DNA from: Lama guanicoe
Taxonomy: Eukaryota
Reading direction: 5' to 3'
Length of the DNA stretch: 64,000 bases
Assembly: GCA_013239625.1 (NCBI GenBank)
Contig: MU053810.1
Span: forward strand, 6,296,122 to 6,360,121
Part shown: positions 61,735 through 64,000 of the stretch, piece after piece
How positions within the stretch are numbered: the first letter of the stretch is position 1
How the letters are laid out: every line of letters begins with the position of its first letter
Notes under the pieces: generated by a model
Told to the model about the DNA's origin: nothing
Database searches by the model: none
The model's input: the letters and a program-made list of their open reading frames with translations, nothing else
Made by a program: the position numbers and the translations under genes

Positions 61735-63602
61735 CTAAAGGGAATAGAATAATTTAAAAGAATCTATATAACATTGTGATCTTAATATAACTGAGATATT
61801 ACTATAGTATTAACATACAAATTTATTCCAATAAAGCTGATCTGGAAATAAGCAAGTAGACACAATCTGTTTACAATCTAAAGACAATTTTACTCAATTA
61901 AAAATTTTAATCTACTCAAGTTTTACTGATTATGAATTTGTGGTAGTGGTGACCAGTCTACACAAGATTACCTAAGGTTTATCTACCTACAAATGGGGAC
62001 AAAATGTCAGACTTTCTGGACAGTCCATTTCTATCACAAATGTAGTTATATTTAAGCGGGTTAATCAGGCTGCTCTGATGTCTTGGTTATGTGCCTTCCT
62101 TGTCTGCAGGTAGAGCAGATGGGTGGAGCGTTAGGGCAGGTGCAACAGTGCATGAAAGAATGGAAACTGACTTCATTAACCCAGAAGAGTCCATTTATGG
62201 CATGAAAGTAGCAGCATGGATGACATGTTTCCACAGTTGAGAACTTTATGTATCAAGGCACAAGTTAGAATGCACAACTACAAGGCACAACTACAGAGAT
62301 AATTAGCTATATTTTAATCAGTGATTCAATGTAAACACTAACATAAAGGTATTTCATTTGATCTTACACACAAAGCGGTGTTACCTTTTGTGTTGTGACG
62401 CTGGTAATGTGTTTCACTGTGTGCTAGCCCAGTATATTTGAGCTCCTGTATCTACATGTTGAAAAGAGCATACAGGTCTTTTAGGCTGAGAAAACAAACG
62501 CCACACTCACCTTGAACAAGCTGAAGATGCTATAACTGTGGAACCCCAAAAGCAAATGTCAAGTTGGCTGGCACCGTAACGTGCAAGACGATAAAAATGG
62601 CAGTTAATAATATCAAGGGTTTTCCCAGGTTATCTTTAGACATAGCGAGCCATTTTTCTCATAAGTTATCACTTGTAATACCATGAAATGTTAGATAAGT
62701 TCAATAGTTCACAGATTCTTTTATTCTGATTGCTTGCTGCTTTAGTGGGTGGATGAGGTAGAGGTGAATGCTTAAATGCATCAAGTCTGGGAGTGGACCA
62801 TTCAGGACTTAACAATGTAAAGGACACCAATTACACTCCTGCCCTCCTTCCTGTTTCCTGTTACTTCACACTCTTGACCCAATGCCCGAGGCTTGGAGGT
62901 GCTTACAAATACTGACATTACCAGCAGAGGTACAGTGGCCCCTAGCAGTCCAGTTAATGATCCCTGGAACTGGGTGGATATTTGCTGTGGTGGTGGTTGT
63001 TTTAATATGAGAGGTCCTGCCTCCTTGATCTGTCATCTGAAAAAAGTGTCTCTCTTGTTCTGGATAACAATTTTCCATAATACAAAGTTATGCTGGAACA
63101 ATGCTGAGTGACAGACCCCTTTTACACAACCAAGAATCAAATAATGCTCTGCCCTTGAATTCTCAAGCTAGTGAGGACCCCTTTTCATTCTGGGTCAGCA
63201 TCTCCCTCTGGGAGGTGGTATGTGTAAGTTGGTTCGCAGTTACAGGAACTCCTAGAGGAGGAAATACTGTCCAGGCTTATTTCATTCTTGCCTCTGTTAG
63301 AATATTGTGATGAAATGCAACTCAGTGATATGTTTTTCCAAAAATTATTTAAGATGGTTTACAGTAAAAGCAATTACGTAATTAAGGCAATAAAATAGGA
63401 GTTGTAAATAAGGACCAAAGAGGGAAAAGGAGATGTGCATTAAGGTGGAGTCTTACATTGAGCTGTTTCATAGTTTCCCAGGCTCTACAACTAATGGGCG
63501 TGGGTGAAACTGCATTCTTCATCGTGAACAAGGATACTGTGCTTCTTGGAGGAGGATTTAATATGAATTTCATCACATGGGGCTTTATATCAGGGGCGTT
63601 TA

Positions 63603-63998
63603 CAGGCAGACCTCAGAAATATTGCAGGTTTGGTTCCAGGCCAATGCAATAAAGCGAGTCACACAAACGTTTGGAGTCCCAGTGCATGTAAAAGTTACGT
63701 TTACACTATACTATAGTCTATTAAGTGTGCAATAGCATTATGTCTGAAAAAAAATGCCTACTTCAATTTAAAAATACTTCAATTGCTAAAAGCACCATAA
63801 AAATGCTCGTGGAGGATTTGAAATATTGCAAGAATTGCCAAAACGTAACACAGAGACAGGAAGCGAGCTAATGCTATTGGAAAAATGGCACCAATAGACT
63901 TGCTGGATGCAGAGTTGTGACAAACCTTCAATTTGTAAAAAAACAAAAACGAAAACAAAACAGTATCTCTGTTACGCACAAAACATGAAGTCTGTCTG
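63603..63998 (-). mobile_element. Internally deleted Tigger1 derivative (about 400 bp)
   Basis: TA + CAGGCAGACCTCAGAAATATTGCAGGTTTGGTTCCAG...CAATAAAGCGAGTCACAC at one end; GGAAAAATGGCACCAATAGACTTGCT...CAAACCTTCAATTTGTAAAAAA and a decayed TIR at the other. Confidence 0.85.
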
Positions 63999-64000
63999 AA

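Noticed and set aside
1..64000. CRISPR arrays, operons, rRNA or other prokaryote-type systems
   Set aside because: The sequence is a spliced mammalian locus; no repeat-spacer arrays or rRNA are seen

Overview
This is mammalian genomic DNA, most likely camelid, judging by its tRNA-Ala-derived SINEs. Two tandem genes lie on the minus strand. (1) GAD2 (GAD65, PLP-dependent glutamate decarboxylase): coding exons 1-13 run from the ATG at 50344 down to 1613. All have GT-AG boundaries and join into one open frame of 1392 nt (464 codons), including the PEVKEK segment and the NPHK PLP lysine. The remaining 3' exons lie off the left edge. (2) MYO3A: the last three coding exons (61694-61734, 60179-60322, 55464-55581) and the 3' UTR end about 4.5 kb upstream of the GAD2 ATG. 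The rest is intron or intergenic sequence containing two CpG islands, young SINEs with target-site duplications (TSDs), L1/L2/L3/MIR relics, an MLT1 LTR, MER20/MER94/Tigger DNA transposons and microsatellites. Most ORFs in the supplied track are spurious. I found no wholly new gene system. The best leads are a 6-bp tandem duplication adding a cysteine to the GAD65 N-terminal domain, changes at G12 and R69, a candidate UG-repeat (TDP-43-type) poison exon in GAD2 intron 8, inverted SINE/L1 pairs bracketing exon 8, and an internally deleted mini-SINE. Comparisons with human proteins and repeat consensi are from memory, not from database searches.
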